Source: a virus
Direction: 5' to 3' (one strand)
DNA length: 64,000 nucleotides
IMG/VR virus record: IMGVR_UViG_3300044644_001556
Shown piece by piece: positions 57,303 through 64,000 of this stretch. The notes beneath the pieces are model-generated. The model ran no database searches and had not been told where the DNA came from. It saw only the letters and a list, made by a program, of their open reading frames with translations. A program made the position numbers and the translations under genes. How positions within the stretch are numbered: position 1 is the first letter of the stretch; the number at the start of each line of letters is the position of its first letter.

Positions 57303-57505
57303 ATATCCCGCACTGGGGTTACACACCACATGTAATCTGTTTTACGATCAATATACCAACTCCAACTAAAGTTGTACAGTCTCCACTCTTCAATTGTCGG
57401 CATTCGCCAATCTCTACGCTCGTTACACTCTAAGAATCGACAATATAATATTGCTTCACCATAAGTCATTTCAATTTCGGATCTCGGGGCGAATTCAATA
57501 TTCAT
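57299..57505 (-). CDS. DUF1566-like mini-protein
   Basis: Family motif; start revised. Confidence 0.78.
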   Translation of the reverse strand: MNIEFAPRSEIEMTYGEAILYCRFLECNERRDWRMPTIEEWRLYNFSWSWYIDRKTDYMWCVTPVRDI

Positions 57506-57711
57506 ATGTCTCTCACCGGCATTACATAATCTTCCCAATACGATGACGGATCATTTAAATACCACATAGTATAAATCGCCAAATACTCACATTCGTCCCG
57601 TGTTGGCAACCTCCAATCGGTATTACCATTATGGTTACAAAATGTACAATATAATAACGCCTCTTCATACGTCATCTCTTTTTCTGATGTTGGTGCTGAT
57701 TCAATATTCAT
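57502..57711 (-). CDS. DUF1566-like mini-protein
   Basis: Family motif; start revised. Confidence 0.78.
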   Translation of the reverse strand: MNIESAPTSEKEMTYEEALLYCTFCNHNGNTDWRLPTRDECEYLAIYTMWYLNDPSSYWEDYVMPVRDI

Positions 57712-57926
57712 ATATCTCTCACTGGACAAACGATCCGTCTACCAGTCATTGCATCATTATACCAACCCGTATTCCAACAACCTGTTACTATTTCATCTTC
57801 CGCAAAATATTCATCTTTAGTGGGTAACCGCCAATCGGTATAATCATCGTGCTGACAAAAGGTACAATATAATATTGCTTCGCTATATGTCATTTCTTTT
57901 TCTGATATTGGAGCTAATGCTAACAT
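57708..57926 (-). CDS. DUF1566-like mini-protein
   Basis: Family motif. Confidence 0.78.
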   Translation of the reverse strand: MLALAPISEKEMTYSEAILYCTFCQHDDYTDWRLPTKDEYFAEDEIVTGCWNTGWYNDAMTGRRIVCPVRDI

Positions 57927-58144
57927 ATATCCCTCACAGGCGTGACATGATCTAAGATGTACTGTAATCCACTGTATGCCCTATCATTTTCGGACCATCC
58001 ACGCGTACTCACGTGCTCCAGTAATTCAGCGCTTGTAGGTAATCGCCAATCATTATGATCGCCGTGTCTACAAAACGCACAATATAATACAGCGTCATTA
58101 TACCGCAACATCCGACGGGGACCTGGTGCGACTTCAATATTCAT
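57920..58144 (-). CDS. DUF1566-like mini-protein
   Basis: Family motif; start revised. Confidence 0.78.
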   Translation of the reverse strand: MNIEVAPGPRRMLRYNDAVLYCAFCRHGDHNDWRLPTSAELLEHVSTRGWSENDRAYSGLQYILDHVTPVRDIC

Positions 58145-58356
58145 ACATCCCTCACCGGAGTTACCCACGATGCGTAACATACCGTTCGATCAATATACCA
58201 ATCTCCAACTCTAGCGTCATGATATGCATTAGATGAGTATTCATCCCGCGTAGGCATTCTCCAATCTCTATGCCCATTATATTCAAGAAATTGACAATAT
58301 AATATTGCTTCTTCATATGTCATATAGTTTTTAGATCTAGGAGCTACTTCTAACAT
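58141..58356 (-). CDS. DUF1566-like mini-protein
   Basis: Family motif; start revised. Confidence 0.78.
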   Translation of the reverse strand: MLEVAPRSKNYMTYEEAILYCQFLEYNGHRDWRMPTRDEYSSNAYHDARVGDWYIDRTVCYASWVTPVRDV

Positions 58357-58559
58357 GCATCCCTCACCGGCACTACATACCAAAGCTGCTCAGTATTTAG
58401 ATCAATAAACCAACTGCATGATCGGGTACATATTAAGTAATATTCATCCAGTGTCGGTAATCGCCAATCTCGGTGTCCGTTGTAATCTAAGAATGTACAA
58501 TATAGTATAGCTTCTTCATATGCCATTTCTTGGGCGGACATTGGGGCTACTTCTATCAT
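58350..58559 (-). CDS. DUF1566-like mini-protein
   Basis: Family motif; start revised. Confidence 0.78.
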   Translation of the reverse strand: MIEVAPMSAQEMAYEEAILYCTFLDYNGHRDWRLPTLDEYYLICTRSCSWFIDLNTEQLWYVVPVRDAC

Positions 58560-58756
58560 ATACTTCTCACCGGTACTACGCTCCATATTCCACTCTCAGG
58601 ATCATTTAAATACCAACAATGCATATTATTACTCGAATACTCATCTTCAACTGGTAAACGCCAATCCTTATGACCACCATAATCTAAAAATTGACAATAT
58701 AATAAGGCTTCACCATACGTCATAACGTTTTTTGATCTTGGCGCAAATTCTATCAT
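58556..58756 (-). CDS. DUF1566-like mini-protein
   Basis: Family motif. Confidence 0.78.
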   Translation of the reverse strand: MIEFAPRSKNVMTYGEALLYCQFLDYGGHKDWRLPVEDEYSSNNMHCWYLNDPESGIWSVVPVRSI

Positions 58757-58956
58757 ACAGTCCTCACCGGTGTAACATTACGAGTATTGAAACCTCCTTT
58801 CCTATCAACAAACCACCCAGAGAGACCTGTAGTATCAAGGTATTCACTACTCGTCGGCATACGCCAATCTCTATGCCCATTGTATTCGAGAAATTGACAA
58901 TATAATATTGCTTCTTCATATGACATTACTTTAGATGGTGGTGCTTTCTCTATCAT
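58753..58956 (-). CDS. DUF1566-like mini-protein
   Basis: Family motif. Confidence 0.78.
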   Translation of the reverse strand: MIEKAPPSKVMSYEEAILYCQFLEYNGHRDWRMPTSSEYLDTTGLSGWFVDRKGGFNTRNVTPVRTV

Positions 58957-58966
58957 AACACTTCGA

Positions 58967-59266
58967 TTATGCTAATGTATATGTAAAAGTTTGTTTCTTA
59001 TTATCAGTAGCCATTCCAATATATTCCGGTACTTGCCCTTCATCTCGATACTCAACCATTGACCCTCTCCAGGTTTGTGTACATTCAGCTAATGTCGGGT
59101 GATTTGATGCTTCTATTAAAAAATTAATATATTCGGTTTTTACTGACTCAGTTACACCCACCTGAACTTTAATTCGAATCTCAGTTGGTGTGACAGTTAA
59201 TTTGAATCTGGCATTATTACCATCTGTAATAACAACATTTTTATTTGATTTGGTATTATATAACAT
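58967..59266 (-). CDS. hypothetical protein
   Basis: AGGAG SD, promoter upstream. Confidence 0.65.
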   Translation of the reverse strand: MLYNTKSNKNVVITDGNNARFKLTVTPTEIRIKVQVGVTESVKTEYINFLIEASNHPTLAECTQTWRGSMVEYRDEGQVPEYIGMATDNKKQTFTYTLA

Positions 59267-59346
59267 AAATTCTCCTATTGTAGTTAAATTCTTAGCTGCT
59301 TCATATATTATAGCTCAAATATAAGCTGATTGCAAGTACTATACTA

Positions 59347-59634
59347 TCATATATCCCTTACAGCACGCACGTAGTGGCCGCTATAGTCCTTATCGTCGAA
59401 GCCCACGTAGCTATTAGTTAGATTCTGAATCCAGGCGCCGTCGCTATCATCATCAGTAGAGGACCAGTAGTAGTCATTAGTAAAATTATTTTTAGATTGG
59501 TATATCTCATGCAATTCTTCTATTGTAGGCAATCTCCAACCTTTCTTTCCAGCTACTTCTAAAAAGGTACAATATATCTTAGCATCATACCAGTTAGCTT
59601 TGATTGCTGTTTCTTTAGGCGCTATTTCAAACAT
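59347..59634 (-). CDS. DUF1566 protein with VR-like C-terminus
   Basis: YYWSSTDDDSDGAWIQNL...K....YVRAVR; GC-rich NNY codons. Confidence 0.85.
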   Translation of the reverse strand: MFEIAPKETAIKANWYDAKIYCTFLEVAGKKGWRLPTIEELHEIYQSKNNFTNDYYWSSTDDDSDGAWIQNLTNSYVGFDDKDYSGHYVRAVRDI

Positions 59635-59855
59635 ACGTCTCTCACAGGCACTACAGATAAAAATATACCATCATTTTTAATATTAACGTCATCGCACCAC
59701 CAGGACATCAACTGAATATGATCCAAATTTATCCATTCCTCTTCGGTTGGCATACGCCAATCTCTATAACCATCATACTCCAGAAATTGACAATATAATA
59801 ATGCGTCATCATATGTCATTAGATTCTCTGTCTCAGGCGCAATCTCTACCGTCAT
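59622..59855 (-). CDS. DUF1566-like mini-protein
   Basis: Family motif; N-terminus nearly identical to 48078..48320. Confidence 0.78.
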   Translation of the reverse strand: MTVEIAPETENLMTYDDALLYCQFLEYDGYRDWRMPTEEEWINLDHIQLMSWWCDDVNIKNDGIFLSVVPVRDVCLK

Positions 59856-59886
59856 AATGCATACCATGTTTTGTTACAACAAAGAT

Positions 59887-59915
59887 ATTATAACTCATAC
59901 TTGATAATAGATCAA
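59887..59915 (-). promoter_or_regulatory. early promoter
   Basis: TTGATC-17-TATAAT plus leader. Confidence 0.7.
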
Positions 59916-59984
59916 GTACTATTGTACATCTTTTACCGAACCATACTTACTTGTTTATACCTGTAGTAATTTACTTTATAATAA

Positions 59985-60266
59985 TTAACATACTAACGCC
60001 ATTGACCTTTGGGATATAGTAGCTATTGCTATCGTATATTCATCATTAGACATATCCCTCACCGGACAAACTTCACGCCAAACTTTACTAACACCCACCC
60101 TATCAATATACCACCCGACTCTAGAGTTAAGCAATTCCTCGGAGAAATATTCATCAAACGTAGGCATTCGCCAATCATTATGCCCATCGTGTCTACAAAA
60201 TACGCAATATAATATTGCTTCTTCATATGGCATTATAATTCCAGATCTAGGTGCTACTGCTATCAT
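59985..60266 (-). CDS. DUF1566-like mini-protein
   Basis: Family motif. Confidence 0.78.
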   Translation of the reverse strand: MIAVAPRSGIIMPYEEAILYCVFCRHDGHNDWRMPTFDEYFSEELLNSRVGWYIDRVGVSKVWREVCPVRDMSNDEYTIAIATISQRSMALVC

Positions 60267-60478
60267 ACATCCCTTACCGGCGTCACTGTGTGTTTGACGT
60301 ACATTATTAATGGGATGGAATTATTATGCCATCCCCATATGTTATATCGATAATCACTCCACTCTTCTTTCGTCGGCATTCGCCAGTCCGTATGACCATT
60401 ATAGGTACAAAATTGACAATATAATATTGCTTCTTCATATGCCATTTCGTTTTTAGATATTGGTGCAAATTGTATCAT
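60263..60478 (-). CDS. DUF1566-like mini-protein
   Basis: Family motif; start revised. Confidence 0.78.
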   Translation of the reverse strand: MIQFAPISKNEMAYEEAILYCQFCTYNGHTDWRMPTKEEWSDYRYNIWGWHNNSIPLIMYVKHTVTPVRDV

Positions 60479-60702
60479 ACATCCCTCACCGGTAATACGT
60501 AATAAGCTAACCAAGGTATTAACATTCCGGTATGCCAACATCTAGCTGTTCGAACTTGATCAACATACATCTGCCAATAATGGTATTCTTCTGTAGTAGG
60601 TATTCTCCAATCTCTGTGACCATTATATTCTAAAAATTGACAATATAATATAGCCTCATCGTGATATAGATAGTTATTAAATACTGGCGCATATTCTAAC
60701 AT
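60475..60702 (-). CDS. DUF1566-like mini-protein
   Basis: Family motif; start revised. Confidence 0.78.
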   Translation of the reverse strand: MLEYAPVFNNYLYHDEAILYCQFLEYNGHRDWRIPTTEEYHYWQMYVDQVRTARCWHTGMLIPWLAYYVLPVRDV

Positions 60703-60899
60703 ACCTCCCTCACTGGCACTACGGTGTACTGACCGCTTGCAGGATCGTTTAAATACCATCCAGAAATATCAAACTCGTAATATTCATCAAATGTAGTCAT
60801 TCGCCAATCCCTATGTCCATTATAATCACAAAATGAACAGTATAATATCGCTTCATCATATGTCATATACTTTTCTGATCTTGGTGCAAATTCTATCAT
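60696..60899 (-). CDS. DUF1566-like mini-protein
   Basis: Family motif; start revised. Confidence 0.78.
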   Translation of the reverse strand: MIEFAPRSEKYMTYDEAILYCSFCDYNGHRDWRMTTFDEYYEFDISGWYLNDPASGQYTVVPVREVC

Positions 60900-61105
60900 A
60901 CATCCCTCACCGGGCAAACTTTCCATTTTGATACCCACTCACTACTTCTACAGACATACCATCCAGAAATACCTATAACATCCATATATTCAGCTCGATC
61001 AGGTAATCGCCAATCCCGATGCCCGTTATAATCTAAAAATGCACAATATAATACAGCTTCTTCATACGTCATTTCGTGATCGGATATTGGGGCTACTTCT
61101 AACAT
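60896..61105 (-). CDS. DUF1566-like mini-protein
   Basis: Family motif; start revised. Confidence 0.78.
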   Translation of the reverse strand: MLEVAPISDHEMTYEEAVLYCAFLDYNGHRDWRLPDRAEYMDVIGISGWYVCRSSEWVSKWKVCPVRDV

Positions 61106-61201
61106 ATATCTCTCGGTGTATATTGGTAAACTCAATGCTCTTACACTATCGGAGTAAGTATACTCCCGAGTTGATTTAATTTGTAAAAGATTATTGGTAT
61201 A

Positions 61202-61909
61202 TTAAATACTCCGAACTGCGCGAACATAGTTGCCGTTAAACTTATTACCATGCCCCTGATAGCCGTCGGACATATCCTGTCTCCAAGCGCCATTACTAAC
61301 GCCCTCAGTACCCGACCAGTAGTTGTCCTTAATAAAATCATTATTAGATTCATAGATTTGATTTAATTCTTTTTTAGTTGGTAATCTCCAGCCATCTCCT
61401 AATGATTTTACATATTCAACAGCTTCATACCAAGTCATCATTTTTTCCGGCGACCGTGTCGCAATTTCAAACGGCAAGGTTGGGTTTTGTTTAACTATAT
61501 CTCTTACTGCTCTAACGTAGGCGCTGTAACCCTTGAAGAAGTTGAACTGATTGCCATCGGACAAATTCTGACCCCAGGCGCCGTCGCCACTGCCCTCTGT
61601 AGACGACCAGTAGTAGTCCTTAGTAAAATCATTTTCAGAATTATATATTTCATGCAATTCTTCAATAGTCGGAAGACGCCATCCTTCTCCTAACGATTCA
61701 ATATATGCAACCGCATCATTCCAATTCATCTTTTTTGTTGTAGCTTTATCAGCAATTTCAAATGGTAAATCTGATTTGTATTTTATCATGATAGGTTTTA
61801 CAACATCTAAATTTAACTGCAGTAATTTGATAAATTCTTCCACTTGTTCTCTGGAAATATTATTAACCGCATCCCAGGAATAAGTTTCTGATTTTCTAAT
61901 ATTAAACAT
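61202..61909 (-). CDS. tandem two-domain DUF1566 protein, both domains with VR-like C-termini
   Basis: 2x LPFEIA...M.W..AV.Y..SLG.GWRLPT..EL..IY...YWS.TE...AW.Q....G.Q....K....YVRAVR. Confidence 0.88.
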   Translation of the reverse strand: MFNIRKSETYSWDAVNNISREQVEEFIKLLQLNLDVVKPIMIKYKSDLPFEIADKATTKKMNWNDAVAYIESLGEGWRLPTIEELHEIYNSENDFTKDYYWSSTEGSGDGAWGQNLSDGNQFNFFKGYSAYVRAVRDIVKQNPTLPFEIATRSPEKMMTWYEAVEYVKSLGDGWRLPTKKELNQIYESNNDFIKDNYWSGTEGVSNGAWRQDMSDGYQGHGNKFNGNYVRAVRSI

Positions 61910-61956
61910 TTTTAATATTTCCTTTTAATAAATTGATTATCTAATACAACAAATAT

Positions 61957-61985
61957 ATTATAACAAAAAAAGACATCCATGTCCA
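61957..61985 (-). promoter_or_regulatory. early promoter (TGGACA variant)
   Basis: TGGACA-17-TATAAT plus ATATTTGTTGTAT. Confidence 0.72.
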
Positions 61986-62215
61986 GCCATTTGTTTACTT
62001 ACCACATACCGCACTATAACCAATAATAATCGATTGTAAATTCATCTGATCTAACACTACAGTCTTTTCTTGCTTTGATTTTAAACAATCAGCAATTGAA
62101 TCAAAATTAAAGGTTAATATAGTTGGTGGGGTTGATAAATGAAATGTTAATGCGATTACTAATTTAATCATTTTTGCTTTTCCTATTTAGTTAAGTTATC
62201 TGATACAACAAATAT

Positions 62216-62244
62216 ATTATAATACAATCAAGGACATTTGTCAA
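62216..62244 (-). promoter_or_regulatory. consensus early promoter
   Basis: TTGACA-17-TATAAT plus leader. Confidence 0.8.
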
Positions 62245-62334
62245 GCCTATATATTATATTATTGTTCAATCTTGATTTTGTTTGGCCCTAACTGTTTGAT
62301 TTAAAAAGAGACTTCCTTGTCTAAGCCATTCAAT

Positions 62335-62715
62335 TTATTTAATTAAAGATGATTTTGCTTTTTGCCATTTCTTACCATCAAAGTAATATACGTAATCACA
62401 ATACATATGTTCTTTAATAAACTCAAACATTGCCTTGCGATTGTCATACCCATTGTACTTTAATTCTTCACCTCTATCTCTATGATAGAACACTGTAGTA
62501 CCTGACTCCGGCGCATCAAATGAATGCTCACCTACTGGGTGAATACGTTCACCTAATGAACTAATATTGCCATGCATTACTAAGTCTTTTGCTACTGCTG
62601 GGTCTGAATAGTACTGAGTTAAGATTGGTAATAATGTTCCACCGTCCCAATTGACTGTAACTGATTCATATCTACGGCCGGCTAATTTAACTGCTACGAT
62701 TGCTTGCGTTCCCAT
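62335..62715 (-). CDS. hypothetical protein, paralog of 32743..33177
   Basis: MGT.A...WDG...GNISSLG...FYHRDRGE. Confidence 0.72.
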   Translation of the reverse strand: MGTQAIVAVKLAGRRYESVTVNWDGGTLLPILTQYYSDPAVAKDLVMHGNISSLGERIHPVGEHSFDAPESGTTVFYHRDRGEELKYNGYDNRKAMFEFIKEHMYCDYVYYFDGKKWQKAKSSLIK

Positions 62716-62757
62716 TTGGCTTTCCTTTTAAGTTAAGTTATCTGATACAACAAATAT

Positions 62758-62786
62758 ATTATAACTGATCGAGATCTTAATGTCCA
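62758..62786 (-). promoter_or_regulatory. early promoter (TGGACA variant)
   Basis: TGGACA-17-TATAAT plus leader. Confidence 0.72.
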
Positions 62787-62924
62787 GCTTTTTTAAAAAT
62801 TATCTATTACTGTACTTAACATAAACATAATGAAAATAACGAATGGTCCCACTGCATCTAATACTTCTAATTTAGTCATTTTGATTTACCTTTTTATTAA
62901 TTGGTTAATTGATACAACAAATAT

Positions 62925-62953
62925 ATTATAACAAAAAAAGACGTCCATGTCCA
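62925..62953 (-). promoter_or_regulatory. early promoter (TGGACA variant)
   Basis: TGGACA-17-TATAAT plus leader. Confidence 0.72.
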
Positions 62954-62962
62954 GCCTTTTGT

Positions 62963-63256
62963 TTAGAAATTAGCTAATGATTTTTCATATGAATACTCTG
63001 GTGTACCAGTACGTTCTCTTTCTAGTTTTGATTTGGTTAATGTCGTGATTCGTTTGCCTGATACAATTACAATTGACATTAGTCGTTGGTCCTTGTCATA
63101 ACCATACTTAATAGTCTCAATTACCTTACCTTTATTCTTACCCTTTAATATTTGAGTGATTGCTTCTATTCTCATATGGTGTTCGTTAAATACATTAATC
63201 ATTACTGTATTGTTGTAAGTTAAAGTTTTTTTAATTGAATAATATGGTTTGTTCAT
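62963..63256 (-). CDS. hypothetical basic protein
   Basis: Start revised to MNKPYY (promoter lies upstream of it). Confidence 0.65.
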   Translation of the reverse strand: MNKPYYSIKKTLTYNNTVMINVFNEHHMRIEAITQILKGKNKGKVIETIKYGYDKDQRLMSIVIVSGKRITTLTKSKLERERTGTPEYSYEKSLANF

Positions 63257-63298
63257 TTTTTTCCCTTTATTAAATTGGTTAATTAATACAACAAATAT

Positions 63299-63327
63299 AT
63301 TATATAATAAAAGGACGTCCATGTCCA
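63299..63327 (-). promoter_or_regulatory. early promoter (TGGACA variant)
   Basis: TGGACA-17-TATAAT plus leader. Confidence 0.72.
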
Positions 63328-63335
63328 GCTTTTTG

Positions 63336-63611
63336 TTAGGTTAAATGAAACTCTTTATTAACCCAATCAAATGCAATATAAATCTCACCCTCTTCATCGC
63401 AATGCTCCAGGTAATACATATCACCATCACCACTTGGATTACCTGGGAACCAATCCTCATTTTGCTTTACATATCCATACCCAGCCATTACTTTTTCTAA
63501 TGCCTGTACGAATTGTTCTTCAGTTCCATTAAATGCAAATTCGTATTTACATGCACCAATTGATTTAATTAAGATGCCGTAATCTGAAAATTGATATACT
63601 AATGATGTCAT
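63336..63611 (-). CDS. hypothetical acidic protein
   Basis: AAGGA SD and its own promoter. Confidence 0.68.
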   Translation of the reverse strand: MTSLVYQFSDYGILIKSIGACKYEFAFNGTEEQFVQALEKVMAGYGYVKQNEDWFPGNPSGDGDMYYLEHCDEEGEIYIAFDWVNKEFHLT

Positions 63612-63655
63612 TTTGCTTTCCTTTTAAGTTAAGTGTTATCTGATACAACAAAGAT

Positions 63656-63684
63656 ATTATACTATACTTACCCACCAATGTCCA
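63656..63684 (-). promoter_or_regulatory. early promoter (TGGACA variant)
   Basis: TGGACA-17-TATAAT plus leader. Confidence 0.72.
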
Positions 63685-63686
63685 GC

Positions 63687-63956
63687 CTAAACTTTAATAT
63701 TTACGACCAACGAACTAACCATAGTCTTCTTACCTGCTTCCATTGCATACACATCAGCATGCTCAGCTACCGCATTAAACTTTCTAATCAGGCCATTAAC
63801 CTTGTCTAATTGGGCGTTAGTCAAATCCATACCTAAGAACTTCAACCTTCTACCAAACTTGCGCTTATCGTTATTTAAGCTAATATAATCCCGACCTACT
63901 AAGCTTTCGATCGCTGCGCGCACTTCTGTTGTCTTATTAAACGATGCCATTGTCAT
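63687..63956 (-). CDS. small protein, GRRLKF paralog family
   Basis: TTEVRAAIESLVGR...NDKRKFGRRLKF. Confidence 0.7.
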   Translation of the reverse strand: MTMASFNKTTEVRAAIESLVGRDYISLNNDKRKFGRRLKFLGMDLTNAQLDKVNGLIRKFNAVAEHADVYAMEAGKKTMVSSLVVNIKV

Positions 63957-64000
63957 AATATACCTTTCCTTTTGATTAGTTAATTTGTTCTACACTTTAT

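Noticed and set aside
56806-61105. CRISPR or integron interpretation of the ~210-nt periodic junction repeat
   Set aside because: The repeats are the coding ends of paralogous genes; there is no attC palindrome, integrase or cas gene in the window
43868-61135. N-terminal extensions such as MDGNTSERY- or MVCSAGEGC- in the ORF track
   Set aside because: They are alternative-frame readings of the upstream gene's PVRD junction; true starts are at the junction ATG
44041-61693. Short plus-strand or nested ORFs in the mini-gene region (44041, 44635, 45450, 46448, 47235, 47380, 47860, 48415, 49651, 51095, 52600, 53583, 54032, 54130, 54514, 57000, 57600, 60009, 61141, 61487)
   Set aside because: Antisense or out-of-frame overlaps of better-supported minus-strand genes
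1-64000. A complete DGR (RT, Avd, template repeat) in the window
   Set aside because: No reverse-transcriptase ORF and no AAC-rich template repeat found by eye on either strand
1-64000. Stop-codon reassignment
   Set aside because: Known proteins are full-length in code 11, TAA, TAG and TGA all end genes, and there is no suppressor tRNA

Overview
This is a segment of a large, AT-rich, T4-like/jumbo-type phage genome, almost certainly infecting a gammaproteobacterial methanotroph: it carries a stand-alone pmoC. Nearly all genes are on the minus strand, in the standard genetic code. Recognisable genes are an NAD+ salvage pair (Nampt and Nmnat-Nudix), RNA ligase, SF2 helicase, GroES, parvulin, Pth2, a macrodomain protein, a lytic transglycosylase, a pyrimidine-dimer glycosylase, a holin-like protein, a 9xFN3 protein and 11 tRNAs. 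Two promoter classes are visible: sigma70-like early promoters with a conserved leader, and T4-late-like (T/C)ATAAATA sites. The unusual features are: (1) about 62 genes encoding DUF1566/Lcl-C-like (WRLPT) domains, mostly ~70-aa mini-proteins in translationally coupled head-to-tail arrays with a conserved junction. Five domains have GC-rich 3' ends with an NNY-codon signature typical of DGR variable regions, but no RT or template repeat is in the window. (2) A non-coding RNA island (24.5-28.3 kb) with a circularly permuted tRNA-like RNA, repeated GAC-N-GCTTGGAAAGACAAGC heads each followed by a long stem (two enclose tRNA-like domains), and other structured RNAs. (3) A twice-present pseudoknotted 5'-UTR RNA with a compensatory change. 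(4) A likely programmed -1 frameshift fusing a Met-rich protein to a HIRAN domain. (5) A short peptide resembling a T4-type portal segment. All calls are by eye; no databases were searched.
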